From: the human T2T-CHM13v2.0 reference genome, Homo sapiens
Assembly (NCBI RefSeq): GCF_009914755.1
Contig: NC_060944.1
Strand: one strand, 5' to 3'
DNA length: 64,000 nucleotides
Every line of letters begins with the position of its first letter. Position 1 is the first letter of the stretch. Positions 14,530 through 26,519 of this stretch are shown here, piece after piece. The position numbers and the translations under genes were made by a program. The notes under the pieces are model-generated. The model made no database searches. It was not told where the DNA came from and was given only the letters and a program-made list of their open reading frames with translations.

Positions 14530-15459
14530 GGTCATATCCACAAAGCAAGCCAATGTCTGCCAGGGAAGATTAAAGTGTGTGCATGCTGACCCTTCCCTTG
14601 AATTCAGTGACCCAAACTTTCCAGTGGACAGTTCTTGGAAATGAACGGTTAAGGACCACTCCTACCCCAAACTCCTCCTCTTGTCACTTGTGAGATTTCA
14701 GCTGTTGGTCTCACCTGCATTAGGAGGGCACTAAGATGATTCTTATCAGATCCATGTGGTTTTAAGGGAAAGGAGTGGTGGTTGCTATTATAGACGAGAC
14801 GAAAGGAAAAACTCACAGCAATTTATACGTTCTCAACACCTTCTCAAGAAGAAGAGAGTTGAAAAAAATCTCAGAACCACCCCCCTCAGATGCAATTTCA
14901 AACATACACCCACATACAACACCCCAACCTTAATCAGCCTTTGAGTTAGATTAAATTGACTTCCAGCACCACAAACACACCCGCCAGCCAGGCCTCTCAT
15001 TACCACCTGCACAGGATTGCTTTTCAAAGGCTGGGCTTTTCTCATTACAATCTCGAGTCCAAAAAAATAGGAAGCAATGCTGGGAGGAGGGGAGAGAACA
15101 AAACCTTATTTATTCACACATAAAATATACTTATTCTAATCACCCCTGGATACACTGATCTCCTTCAATATACAGTCAGGACTTCACGAGCAACATGATG
15201 CAGTGTTAAGAACATAGAATGCAAATAATAATAATATCTATACTTAACAGTAGTAATTTGATTTCCTGGTTTGAGAAGCTGCTATTAAGGGCATTACCTA
15301 CTTAACTCCTCAATGCGTTCTTAGTCCCCATTTTATAGATGAGAAAACAGAGATCTACAAAGTTGCAGTAATTTGCCCAAAAAATCACAAAGAAAGGCGT
15401 CTAGCCAGATGAGAAACCCAACACCTACACTGTCTCCTGGTAAAAGGTATATGATATTT

Positions 15460-15750
15460 GGGTTGGGCGCAGTGGCTTATGGCTGTAATCCCAGCACTTT
15501 GGGAGGCTAAGGCAGGCGGATATCTTGAGGTCAGGAGTTTGAGAACAGCCTGGCCAACATGGCAAAACCCCGTCTCTACTAAAAAATATGAAAATTAGCC
15601 ATGTATGGTGTTGGCTTTCAGGAAGGCTGAGGCAGGAGAATCACTTGAGCCCAGGAAGCAGAGGTTGTAGTGAGCTGAGATCATGCCACTGCACTCCAGC
15701 CTGGGTGACAGAGCAAGGTTCCATCTCAAAAAAAACAAACAAACAAAAAA
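15460..15750 (+). mobile_element. AluS with right-arm deletion
   Basis: Alu dimer; TSD ending TATGATATTTG. Confidence 0.9.
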
Positions 15751-16173
15751 GGCTATGATATTTGAACCTTGGTGTGCTTGAATTTCAGCCTGAGCACTTC
15801 TGAGGCAAGATACCTTGCATGGATCACATATTTTTTCTGAAACTCAACTTCCTTATCTGCTCTCTCTGCAACTCTAGGCAAGAGTGCCCATTTAGCCCAG
15901 GGTAGGGCCTCAACAAACTCTATTCCCTTTCCTTCACCCAGAGTTTTCTCTAGACTTTGCCAACTGCTTTGTTTAAGACAATCTCCCAAAGTCAATATGT
16001 GCTGGAAACTGTGCTGAGAACTTGCACATGTCACCTCATTCCGCCCATGCAGCGTTACTGAAAAATGCATTGGTTCCCCCTCTGTTTGACTGGCGAGGCA
16101 ACTGATGCTTCAGGATAGTCAACAACTGGTCCAAAATGACCACACTGTCAAGTAATCAACTCATAGTTTAAAC

Positions 16174-16385
16174 CAATGGTTCTCAAAGCAGGTGAGTTTC
16201 GGGGGATATTTGCAAGGTCTGGAGACATGTTTAGTTGTCACGCCCAGGGGGTGGTGCTGTTAGCGCCTACAGACTAGAGTCCAGGGATGCAGCTAAACAC
16301 CCCGACGACGCGCAGGACAGCCCAGCCCCGCTGCAAGGAATCATCCAGCCCAAATGTCAATAGTGCCAAAGTTGAGAATCCTTTG
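16174..16385 (+). mobile_element. MER20, full length
   Basis: both TIRs; perfect 8-bp TSD GTTTAAAC. Confidence 0.9.
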
Positions 16386-16447
16386 GTTTAAACCAGATTT
16401 ATCTGACATCAAAGTCGATGAACTTGCACTGTTTTGCTTCCCTAACT

Positions 16448-16689
16448 GAGGGTTTCTCAGCAGTACTGACATTTGCAGTCAGATAATTCTGTTATGGCAG
16501 CTGTCCTGTAGGATATTTGTAGGTTATGTGTAGGATGTTTGCAGCATCCCTAGTTTCTACCCATTGGATGCCAGTAGCACCTCCTCTCAAATCGTGACAA
16601 CCAAAAATGTCTCCAGATATTGCCAAATGTTCCCAGCACTCGCTCCTCTTTCCCCTGGGGGGCAAGTCATTCCCGTTTGAGAATCATTT
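16448..16689 (-). mobile_element. MER20, full length
   Basis: both TIRs; TSD CCCTAACT/TCCTAATT. Confidence 0.85.
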
Positions 16690-16906
16690 TCCTAATTTAA
16701 GGAAATGAGCTATGAAATGAGAATAACAAAACAGCCCTGAAAAATATTAAGAGAATATCCCGGATGACCATTATTTGCATGTGTTTTTAAAAAGTAGATA
16801 TGTCTGTTTAAGTATACACACATGCACTTACATATGTAGCCATGTATATATATAATGTTTCATACCTGGGCACATATGGCAGGAAGAAATATTGACCAAC
16901 CTCTTT

Positions 16907-17500
16907 TTTTTTTAAATTTTTTTAATTTCTGGGGTACATGTGCAAGATGTGCAGGTCTGTTAAATAGATAAACGTGTGCCATGGTGGTTTCCTGCACCTG
17001 TCAACCCATCACCTAGGTATTAAGCCCAGCGTGCATTAGCTATTTTTCCTGATGCTCTTCCTCTCCCAGCCAGGCAGGCTCCAGTGTCTGTTGTTCCCCT
17101 TCCACCCATATGTCCATGTGCTCTCATTGTTCCACTGCCACTTACAAGTGAGAACAGTGTTTGGTTTTCTGCTTCTGTATTAGTTTGCTGAGGATAATGG
17201 CTTCCAGCTCCATCCATGTCCCTGGAAAGGACATGATCTCATTCCTTTTTATAGCTGCATAGTATTCCATGGTGTATATATACCACATTTTCTTTATCCA
17301 GTCTATCATTGATGGGCATTTGGGTTGACTCCATGTCTTTGCTATTGTGCATAGTGCTGCAATGAACATATGTGTGCATGTATCTTTATAATAGAATGAT
17401 TTCTATTCCTTTGGGTATATAACTGGTAATGGGATTTCTGGGTCAAATGGTATTTCTGGTTCTAAATCTTTGAGGAACCACCACACTATCTTCCAAAATG
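16907..17500 (-). mobile_element. 5'-truncated L1PA (older primate) 3' end
   Basis: ORF2 C-terminus [13 protein letters not shown] plus 3'UTR; TSD GACCAMCCTCTTT. Confidence 0.92.
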
Positions 17501-17926
17501 GACCACCCTCTTTCTATCCCTGCATGTGAGTTCTCACTTCTCTCACTTGGGTTCCAGAGACTACATAGCAGAGCAGAAATATAGTGCAGTGTTCCCTTTC
17601 TTGTTGTCCATGTTCTGGTTTTGGAACCTCATTATCATTCCAAAATGAATTAGATCTTAATTTGAAACAAAGCTATTCACTCAGAGGGACTTCCAGCCCT
17701 CAGACACTGGACAGCAGAAGAGTCCACAAAAGCATGAGAGGGTCCAAGGTCCAGCATCAGAGTCAGGTGCTCATTTCCCTGCAAGGAAGCCCATCCTTCT
17801 CCAGTAAACTAAAAATTTACATCTGAAAAATTTGATGCGTCTTCACGGGTGTATATTGAGAATTTCCATGTCTGGGAAAATTGAGGCACAGCCAAGTTCT
17901 AGCAAGCTCTCCGTGATGATATAAAA

Positions 17927-18232
17927 CAGAGGTAGGCAAACTTGTTCTCTAAAGAGCCAGATGGTAAACATTTCAGGTCTTGCAGGTGATGCAACCTCCA
18001 TTGCAACTATTGAGCTCTGCCATTATAGCATGAAAACAGCCACAGACAATATAATAATAGGCCAGGCCATGTTCCAATAAAACTTTATTTGTGAACACTG
18101 AAATTTGAATTGCAGGTAGTGTTTATGTCATAAAACGTTCTTTTGTTTTTTTTTTTCTCACCATCTAAAAATATAAACATTATTCTTAACACCTGGGTCA
18201 TACAGAAACAGGTAGCAGGCTGAATTTGGTCC
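17927..18232 (+). mobile_element. MER58B
   Basis: cagaggtaggcaaactt...gttccaataaaactttattt...gaatttggtcc. Confidence 0.8.
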
Positions 18233-20446
18233 ATCCCTCCCTTACATAGAACATGACAAAAAAGGGAATTCCTGCTGTCTCCAAAAAAACCCATAAATTC
18301 CCACTTTTCTATCCTTAAGATGAAAGAAATTACCCTCGATATTGGGAACTCAGTTCAGTTACCACTATAGGAATTAATCTACCAATATCTGAACTTCTGG
18401 AATGTTCTGTTTACCTAGCCCAGGATAAACAGGGGAGGACAAACTCCGAGTAACTGAGTGCTGGCTTTTTTTCTTTTCCTGCTATGACTTCATGAAAGGG
18501 TTGTTTACGGTAGGAAGTAACCAATGATTTTGATTGCTTCAGGACTTCCTGGTTAAAAAATAAAATGGAGAAGAAGAAAGAGGAAAGTCCTCAAGTTGTA
18601 AGCTTTGGAAATACAAAGCCCTCAGGTCCTGTGTAAAATTGAACATGAAAAATAGGCCTCTAATTTCTGTCCTCTCTCCCTAAGCAGTCAACCATTGGAG
18701 AAGGTGACTGGGGGAGACCCTTGGCTCAGAACTTCTTGGTGGTTATAAATTCTTTATCAACTATGGCTTATGTTTTTACAGGGAATTTTCTTCTTCCTCT
18801 TCTTCTTTTTTTAAGTTACGGTGATCACAATTTTCAGATTTTTGACTACTTATCAAACTTTTTTTCCCTCCCCCTCTTAACAGAGAAGGTCAGTCACTTT
18901 TAAGATATAAGAGAATTTGAGAACAGATTAATGACAAAGATAAATGATGATTTTTATTTTAGCGGAAGTTTCAGCGCGTTTTCTGCCCAGCCTGGGTACT
19001 GCTAATAAAGTATACTTGACATATAACTGCGTAAGTTCTTTGCTTTAAAGTTCAATGATGGATCAAAAGAGAGAATTCTCTCTTTAGAAAGAAATGTCCT
19101 GGAAGGAAAAATAAAAGGAAGGTGGAGGGGAAGCTCATACATCCCTTTTGTCTTTTTCTCTTCTCTTTGTGGCCCAGAGACAGAGCATTGAGTGACTTCT
19201 TCAGAAAAGAGATCAGTGAAATTGTCAGTTGATTACTTCTCCTTGATTAGCATTTATAAGAGCCCTGTGATACAGTATTTGCATTCCTATTTAGCCGTGA
19301 TTTTTGTGGGGCACCAATGATTAAACTTGTCACAGGGCTTGATTGACGGGGTCAGATCTTCACTTTCTACTCTTTTGAAATTAAAAACAAATGTGTCAGC
19401 TCCCTTCATGGGCTGGAGCGCCGTGAAGCTCGCCTGCCTTGTCATTGCAGATAGGTCAGGAATGTTTTAATTTTAGGGATGGATTCTGCTTGTCAAGTAG
19501 AGTGTGATGGCGTGTGGTTCTGGAGATGAGATGTGAAGGGTGTAGCACAAAGAAGGGGAAGAACAAAGACAAAGACACTCACATTATTAGACAGATTTAA
19601 TTAGTCTGAATGGATATTATGCTAGATGAAGCAGTGAGCTGTGAAATTAACCCTTGATTACGGATTGGCGGATCCTACTCATAAAGAGAATCAAACCTTT
19701 GTGGAGAGACGCGAGGTATGATTTCAGTTTCTCCTACCCTTCCGGGTTGCATGCCAGATCCCCACCCCCACCACCCACCCCTGTCGACTTAAACACCAGA
19801 ATCTGTAGGGGGAAAAAAACTGTGGAAGTTCATCTTTAACTTGAGCAGGCAGGTATACCTAGAAAAGGAATTCCACCTGGCTTCCTCTCTTCAACTTTAG
19901 AGAAAGCAACAAGCCCAGGGTGGTTGGATGTGAAGCTAAGAGGCTCACAAAGACACAGATTTCTGAATCCAAAATAGAGAACAGAAATAGCTAAGTTTGA
20001 ATAAGAGCCATGTATTTTGAGGGTCTGAAGTGAATAGCTCTATCCACTGCAGTAGAGGGTCACCTCCCGGGAATGTTTGTCCTTCATACAATGTGCCCCC
20101 CAACTTACTGCTGCCTTTCCATGGTCTTCTCCAGTGAATCCCAGCTGCATCCTGACTTCCAAGAACTTCAAGCATGTTAAGAAAGGGATGGAAGGCCTAG
20201 AGCCCTCACCCAGCATTGATGGTCAACTAAGAAAAGTCTCTCAAACATTAATACTAAGGACTCTAACATGGAGGGGGACATGGGCGAGATGGGTCTGAGA
20301 TCATGTGGCCTTCCAGAAATCCTTTAACTTATCCAAATTATCTGATTTGGCACACTCTGGACTCTACTGATAAAGGCTTTGTACAAAGCTTGCACCAACT
20401 AACATCTCTATTTTTAAGTGACTCAGTCCAAATCATTCTCCAGCAC

Positions 20447-21148
20447 TGATTCCAGGAATGAGAAGTCTCTGTGGGGGCATGATGTGGAGGAGAAGTATCT
20501 GTTAGGCTGGCCCAGGTCATGTGGAAAGTCAGCAAATTAGGAAATGCAGAAATGGAGTTAGAGAATTTGCTCCGCAGCTCTTTCACAAACTCAGTCTTCT
20601 CGTTGGTGAATGAGATGTGTAGCTCCTTCTTTAACAATTGTGCTGAAATCTTAACTGTGTACTTTAAGTGCCAAGAAAGGCACTGTGTATTATTATTATA
20701 GCTCTCTGTAGAAAACATGGCACTAATTCTAAGTCACTTTTCTGGCTCTGTCTCCATCCAGTCTTCCTTATCACAGTTTCCCACTTTGATGTATAAGTGG
20801 CTTCAGTTTGGGGAACTCCTGGTTGAGGAATTCCCTGAACAAACAATTTCCAAGTGTGGTCTTGAGACTCTGAATCAATTGTCATGAATTGCAGATAACT
20901 TATTCCCAATCATTGTTGAAGGATGAGGGTGGTCAATGAACTCATTGGCATTACACTTTAATTTTCTGAATGGAACAGACAAATGGGAAATTGTAATCCT
21001 AACCCTGGCTCCATTTATGAAAATGCAAATTCTCTAACTCCATTTCTGCAATTCCTAATTTGCTGACTTTCCACATGACCTGGGCGGGCCTAACTGATAC
21101 TCCTCTTCCACATCATGCCCCCACAGAGCCGTCTCATTCCTGGAATCA
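20447..21148. repeat. 124-bp inverted duplication of non-repeat sequence (arms 20447-20570 and 21025-21148)
   Basis: 116/124 identical, ungapped, 454-bp spacer (manual alignment). Confidence 0.95.
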
Positions 21149-21642
21149 TAAAAATGTCATGCATGTGAATGACAGGCATCGCAGGTCAGGGGAGGGAAAC
21201 TGTTGAGAATCTCTGCTCTATCAGGAAATGCCAGTTTCCCTTCACTGGCTTGTGCTTTAGGTGACCATACTGTGGAGGTCACATTGCTCCAGGTAGATGG
21301 TTGTATCTCAAAGTCCTTTTGCTTTTGTCTCTGGAAAATCAGATGATTCTACAGGTAAACACAGCTATAGTTACTGCTATTCAGAAATGAGTATTGTTTC
21401 CTTCCCAAAGATAGGTTTTGTTTCTGAAGAAATTTCTTTCTTAGAACTAAGTGATACAAGAAATAACCCACTGCCTCCGATTTGACTTCACTGAGGTTTA
21501 GAGGAGGAAATCTGCCTTTACGGGACTTGATAAGGGAACACAGAGCAACCTCCACCACAGAGAATTATGCAGCCCACAGTGTCAATAGTGCCAAAACAAA
21601 AGGGACATTGTGATCCTAACCCCAGCTCCATTTATGAAGATG
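20979..21642 (+). repeat. 47-bp dispersed direct repeat (20979-21025 and 21596-21642)
   Basis: 41/47 identical, ungapped. Confidence 0.85.
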
Positions 21643-21676
21643 ATAAATTCCTTACCAGAGAAATAGAGAAATCTCT

Positions 21677-22021
21677 TGATATGGTTTGGCTGTGTCCCCA
21701 CCCACATCTCACCCTGAATTCCCACGTGTTGTGGGGGGAACCCAGTGGGAGGTAATCGAATCATGGGGGCGGGTCTTTCCCGTGCTGTTCTCGTGATAGT
21801 GAATAAGTCTCACGAGACCTGATGGTTTTAAAAACGGGAGTTTCCCTGCACAAGTGCTTTTCTCTTGTCTGCCACCATGTGAGACATGCCTTTCACCTTT
21901 TGCCATGATTGTGAGGCCTCCTCAGCCAAGTGGAACTGTTAAGTTCATTAAACCTCTTTCTTTTGTAAATTGCCCAGTCTCAGGTATGTCTTCATTAGTA
22001 GCGTGAAAACAGACTAATACA
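21677..22021 (+). mobile_element. THE1 (MaLR) solo LTR
   Basis: tgatatggtttggctgtgtcccc...gactaataca, 345 bp, ATTAAA signal, TCTCT on both flanks. Confidence 0.92.
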
Positions 22022-22187
22022 CATCTCTTGTCAGGAGAATCAAAAAATTCTATTAGGGGATTCCTGGCACTTGATACCCTTGACCCTGAAGGTACACAGA
22101 GTGGTTTAGATGGTACTTGGGTGAGCTTTTCTATGGTTATGTATTTATTTTAAAGCATATTCAATTGTGTGTGTGTGTGTCAGGGTG

Positions 22188-22400
22188 TCAGGGTTTCTCA
22201 GGTCTGGCACTACTGACGTTGTGAGTTGAATAATTCTCTGGGGTGGGCAGTCCCACACATTGCAGGATGTAGCAGTATCCTTGGTCCTCATCTGCTGGAT
22301 GCCAGGACTCTCACCAGGCCAGGTGGGACAGCTAAAATATCTCCAGATACTTCCAAATGTTCTCTGAGGGACAAAATCACTCCCAATTGAAAAACCCTAC
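22188..22400 (-). mobile_element. MER20
   Basis: cagggtttctca...ggcactactgac...tctccagatac...caaaatcac. Confidence 0.8.
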
Positions 22401-22445
22401 TATATATCTATGATTCTATAGACATTATTGGACATTATTGCTTAA

Positions 22446-22821
<376 letters not shown>

Positions 22822-22891
22822 TGATAGTGCTGTGGCAGAAATCAAGAAATCAGAAATCAAGAAGGTTATATGTGAGAGAAAGAAGTTTATG

Positions 22892-23038
22892 GGCCATATG
22901 CAGTGGCTCACACCTGTAATCCTAGCACTTTGGGAGGCCGAGGTGGGAGGCTCACTTGAGCCCAGGAATTCAAGATTAACCTGGGCAACATAGTGAGACC
23001 CCATCTCTTCTAAAAGGAAAAAGAAAAAATAATAAAAG
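22892..23038 (+). mobile_element. FLAM / Alu left monomer
   Basis: single monomer plus A-rich tail. Confidence 0.85.
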
Positions 23039-23088
23039 ATTTTTTAAATAAAGCGAGAAATTTAGGAAACACTGATTTGATTTAGTTT

Positions 23089-23390
23089 AGTTTAGTTTAG
23101 TTTTGTTTTGTTTTTGTTTTGAGATGGAGTCTTGCTTTGTCGCCCAGGCTGGAGTGCAGTGGCGTGGTCTTGGCTCACTACCTCCTCCTCCCGAGTTCAA
23201 CTGATTCTCCTGCCTCAGCCTCCCGACTAGCTGGGACTACAGGTATGCGTCTCCACGCCCAGCTAATTTTTGTATTTTTAGTAGAGACAGTGTTTCACCA
23301 GGCTGGTCTTGAACTCCTGACCTCAGGTGATCCACCTGCCTCAGCTTCCCAAAGTGCTGGGATTACAGGCATGAGCCACTGTGCCAGGCC
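23089..23390 (-). mobile_element. AluS
   Basis: dimer; TSD TGATTTAGTTT. Confidence 0.95.
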
Positions 23391-23522
23391 TGATTTAGTT
23401 TTTAATTCACATTTTACGATGTGGATAACTGAAATCCAGAACATGAGATGGACTTGTCCAAAATCATGAAGCTGTCACTCCCTGTATTAACATCACTAAG
23501 ACAATGCAGGAAAGGCACTTAG

Positions 23523-23832
23523 GGCTGGGTGCAGTAGCTCATGCCTGTAATCCCAGCACTTTGGGAGGCCGAGGCAGATCACTTGAGGTCAGGAGTCCTA
23601 GACCAGCCTGGCCAGCATGGCGAAACCCCATCTCTACTAAAAATACAAAATTAGCCAGATGTGGTGGCACATGCCTGTAATCCCAGCTACTCAGGAGGCA
23701 GAGGCAGGAGGATCACTTGAACCCAGGAGGCAGAGGTTGTGGTGAGCTGAGATCACGCCAGTGCACTCCAGCCTGGGTGATGAGAATGAAACTCTGTCTC
23801 AAAAAAAAAAAAAAGAAGAAGAAGAAGAAAAG
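23523..23832 (+). mobile_element. AluS
   Basis: dimer; TSD GAAAGGCACTTA. Confidence 0.95.
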
Positions 23833-24328
23833 AAAGGCACTTAGCACACCACCTGCCACCTAGTAATAATAACAATCCCTACTACATATTGAGCACTTGC
23901 TATGGGACAGGTACTGTTTTAGGCTCTTTACCTGTAGCAACTCATTGAATATTTACAACAACCCTGTGAGGTAGGAATTATTATTATTCCCATTTATAAA
24001 AAGAGAGAAGAAAATAAGTTAAACAAATCCATGGTGAAGGTGGAAGAGAATAAGCCATTTTGTGGAGCTGGGGATGGGAATGTGTGATTTATTATTTATG
24101 CTTTCTTTCATACCTATTTTAAGATATTTCTCTAAGTGTCTACTATGTGCCAAGTAATATGTTGCATGTGGCCCAGAAAATACACATAATAAAAACACGT
24201 AAATAACAGTCAATTATTACCATTAGCTGTTATTCCCATGGTTCTGTGTGCTGTTACTGAGTTAGTAAAGGAAGCCTATAGCTGTCACTTCTTGCATATC
24301 ATTCATGCAAATCTGGAGAATTTGTGGG

Positions 24329-25083
24329 TTTTTTATTTAAATAGCTTTAGGGGTATACACAGATTTTGGTTACATGGATGAATTATATAGTAGTCAAGTC
24401 TGAAATTTTAGTGCATTGGTCACCCGAGTAGTGTACCCAAAATGTAGTTTTTTCCTCACTCCCTTCCAACCCTCCCCACTTCTGAGTCTCCAGTGTTCAT
24501 TACACCATTCTGCATGCCTTCACTCACCCATAACTTAGCTCTCACTTATAAGTGAGAACATATGGCATTTGGTTTTTCCATTCCTGAGTTACTTTACTTA
24601 GAATAATGGCCTCCAGTTCTGTCTAAGTTGCTGCAAAAGACATTATTTCATTCTTTGTATGGCTAAGTAGTATTCCATGCTGTGTAAATACCACATTTTC
24701 TTTATCCACTCATCAGTTGATGGGCACTTAGGTTGGTTCCATATCTTTGCAATTGTGAATTATGCTGTGATAAACATACATGTGCAGGTGCCTTTTGATA
24801 TAACAATTTATTTTCCTATGAGTAGATACCTAGTAGTGGGATTCTTGGATTGAATAGTAGTTCTATTATTAGTTCTTTGAGAAACCTCCATACTATTTTC
24901 CATAGTGATTGTACTAATTTACATTTCCATCAGCAGCATATAAGCATTCCCTTTTCACTACATCCATGCCAACATCTATTGTTTTTTGACTTCTTAATAA
25001 TAGTCATTCTGGCTGGGGTAAGGTGACAAAATGCTCAACATTGCTAATCATCAGGGAAAAGCAAATTAAAACCACAATGAGAA
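24329..25083 (-). mobile_element. L1PB/L1MA 3' fragment with inverted 5' segment
   Basis: antisense L1 3' end to 25025, then sense-oriented L1 25028-25083. Confidence 0.88.
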
Positions 25084-25562
25084 TTTTGTTTTTTTCAGTT
25101 GGGCTTCTGAAGTTTTGTTACTTAAGAAAATTCTAAGTTAGGAATGCTTTAGGCTGCAAATAAAAGGCAGCTTTACTTATAGTGATTTGAATAAATCAAG
25201 ATTTTCTTTTCTCACCATCCCAACATCCAGAAGTAGGCAACAATGGCATTGAGTCAATGGATTAGTGATGTTAATCACTAATTGACATCTGGATTAGAAG
25301 ATGTCTCTGTGAGTCTTTTGATCATTGCCTTACAACTGCAAGATGGCTGCATCATGTCCACATTCAAGGTAGGAAAAGGAGTGAAATAACAGTACTAGCT
25401 ACCTTTGCCCCTCTTCTCAGAGGAGCAAATCTTTCTTGGAAACCCAGCAGAATTCTACATGAACCTCCTCAGCCAAACTGTGTAATTTTGTCATCCTTAG
25501 CTGCAAGATGCTGTGACATATTTAACTGGGCACACTGTCACAGAAAACAAAACTAGGATTTT

Positions 25563-25895
25563 GTCCGGGCACTGTGGCTTACACCTATAGTCCCAGCATT
25601 TTGAGGCACTAAGGAAGGAGGATCACTTGAGCATGGGGGTTCTAGACTGCAGTGAGCTATGATCATGCCACTGCATTCCAAACTTGGGGACAAAGAGAGA
25701 CCCTGTCTCTACAAAAAGTTTAAAACATACATTAAATGGGTGTCGTAGCATGCACCTGTAGTCCCAGCAACTCAGAAGGCTGAGGCTGGAGGATCGCTTG
25801 AGCCTAGGAGTTTAAGGCTGCAGTGAGCTATGTTCATGCCACTGCACTCCAGCTTGGGCAATAAAGCAAGACTCTGTCTATAAAAAGAAGCAGAA
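25563..25895 (+). mobile_element. AluJ-age dimer with two right-arm-type monomers
   Basis: ctgcagtgagctatg...atgccactgca present in both monomers. Confidence 0.85.
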
Positions 25896-25902
25896 CAAAC
25901 CA

Positions 25903-25923
25903 ACACAGACACACAGACACACA

Positions 25924-25973
<50 letters not shown>
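25903..25973. repeat. (CA)n microsatellite
   Basis: direct; Alu tail derived. Confidence 0.95.
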
Positions 25974-25976
<3 letters not shown>

Positions 25977-26174
25977 TTTTATTGGCAAGGAAGAAGAGTG
26001 AAATGGATATTCCGTAGGTAACTAATGGTATCTGTCCCAGGGACTAATCCAGTAGCAAGAATGTTCTGTCAGTCCTTTTTACCTTTTCTCCCCAGTCTTT
26101 TCTCATCCTGTAACCAGCAATTGACTGGAAATCTGTTTATCTTTCTCAATTGTTAATTGATCATCAAATGTTGA

Positions 26175-26519
<345 letters not shown>

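Larger units (their letters stand above)
25130..26040 (-). mobile_element. MLT1 LTR relic interrupted by Alu
   Basis: gttaggaatgctttaggctgcaa...gcaagatggctgc...cttagctgcaag...aaggaagaag. Confidence 0.6.

Noticed and set aside
22421-22440. 10-13 bp micro-duplications (also ~1800, ~39575, 44351-44370)
   Set aside because: Ordinary slippage products with no further signal
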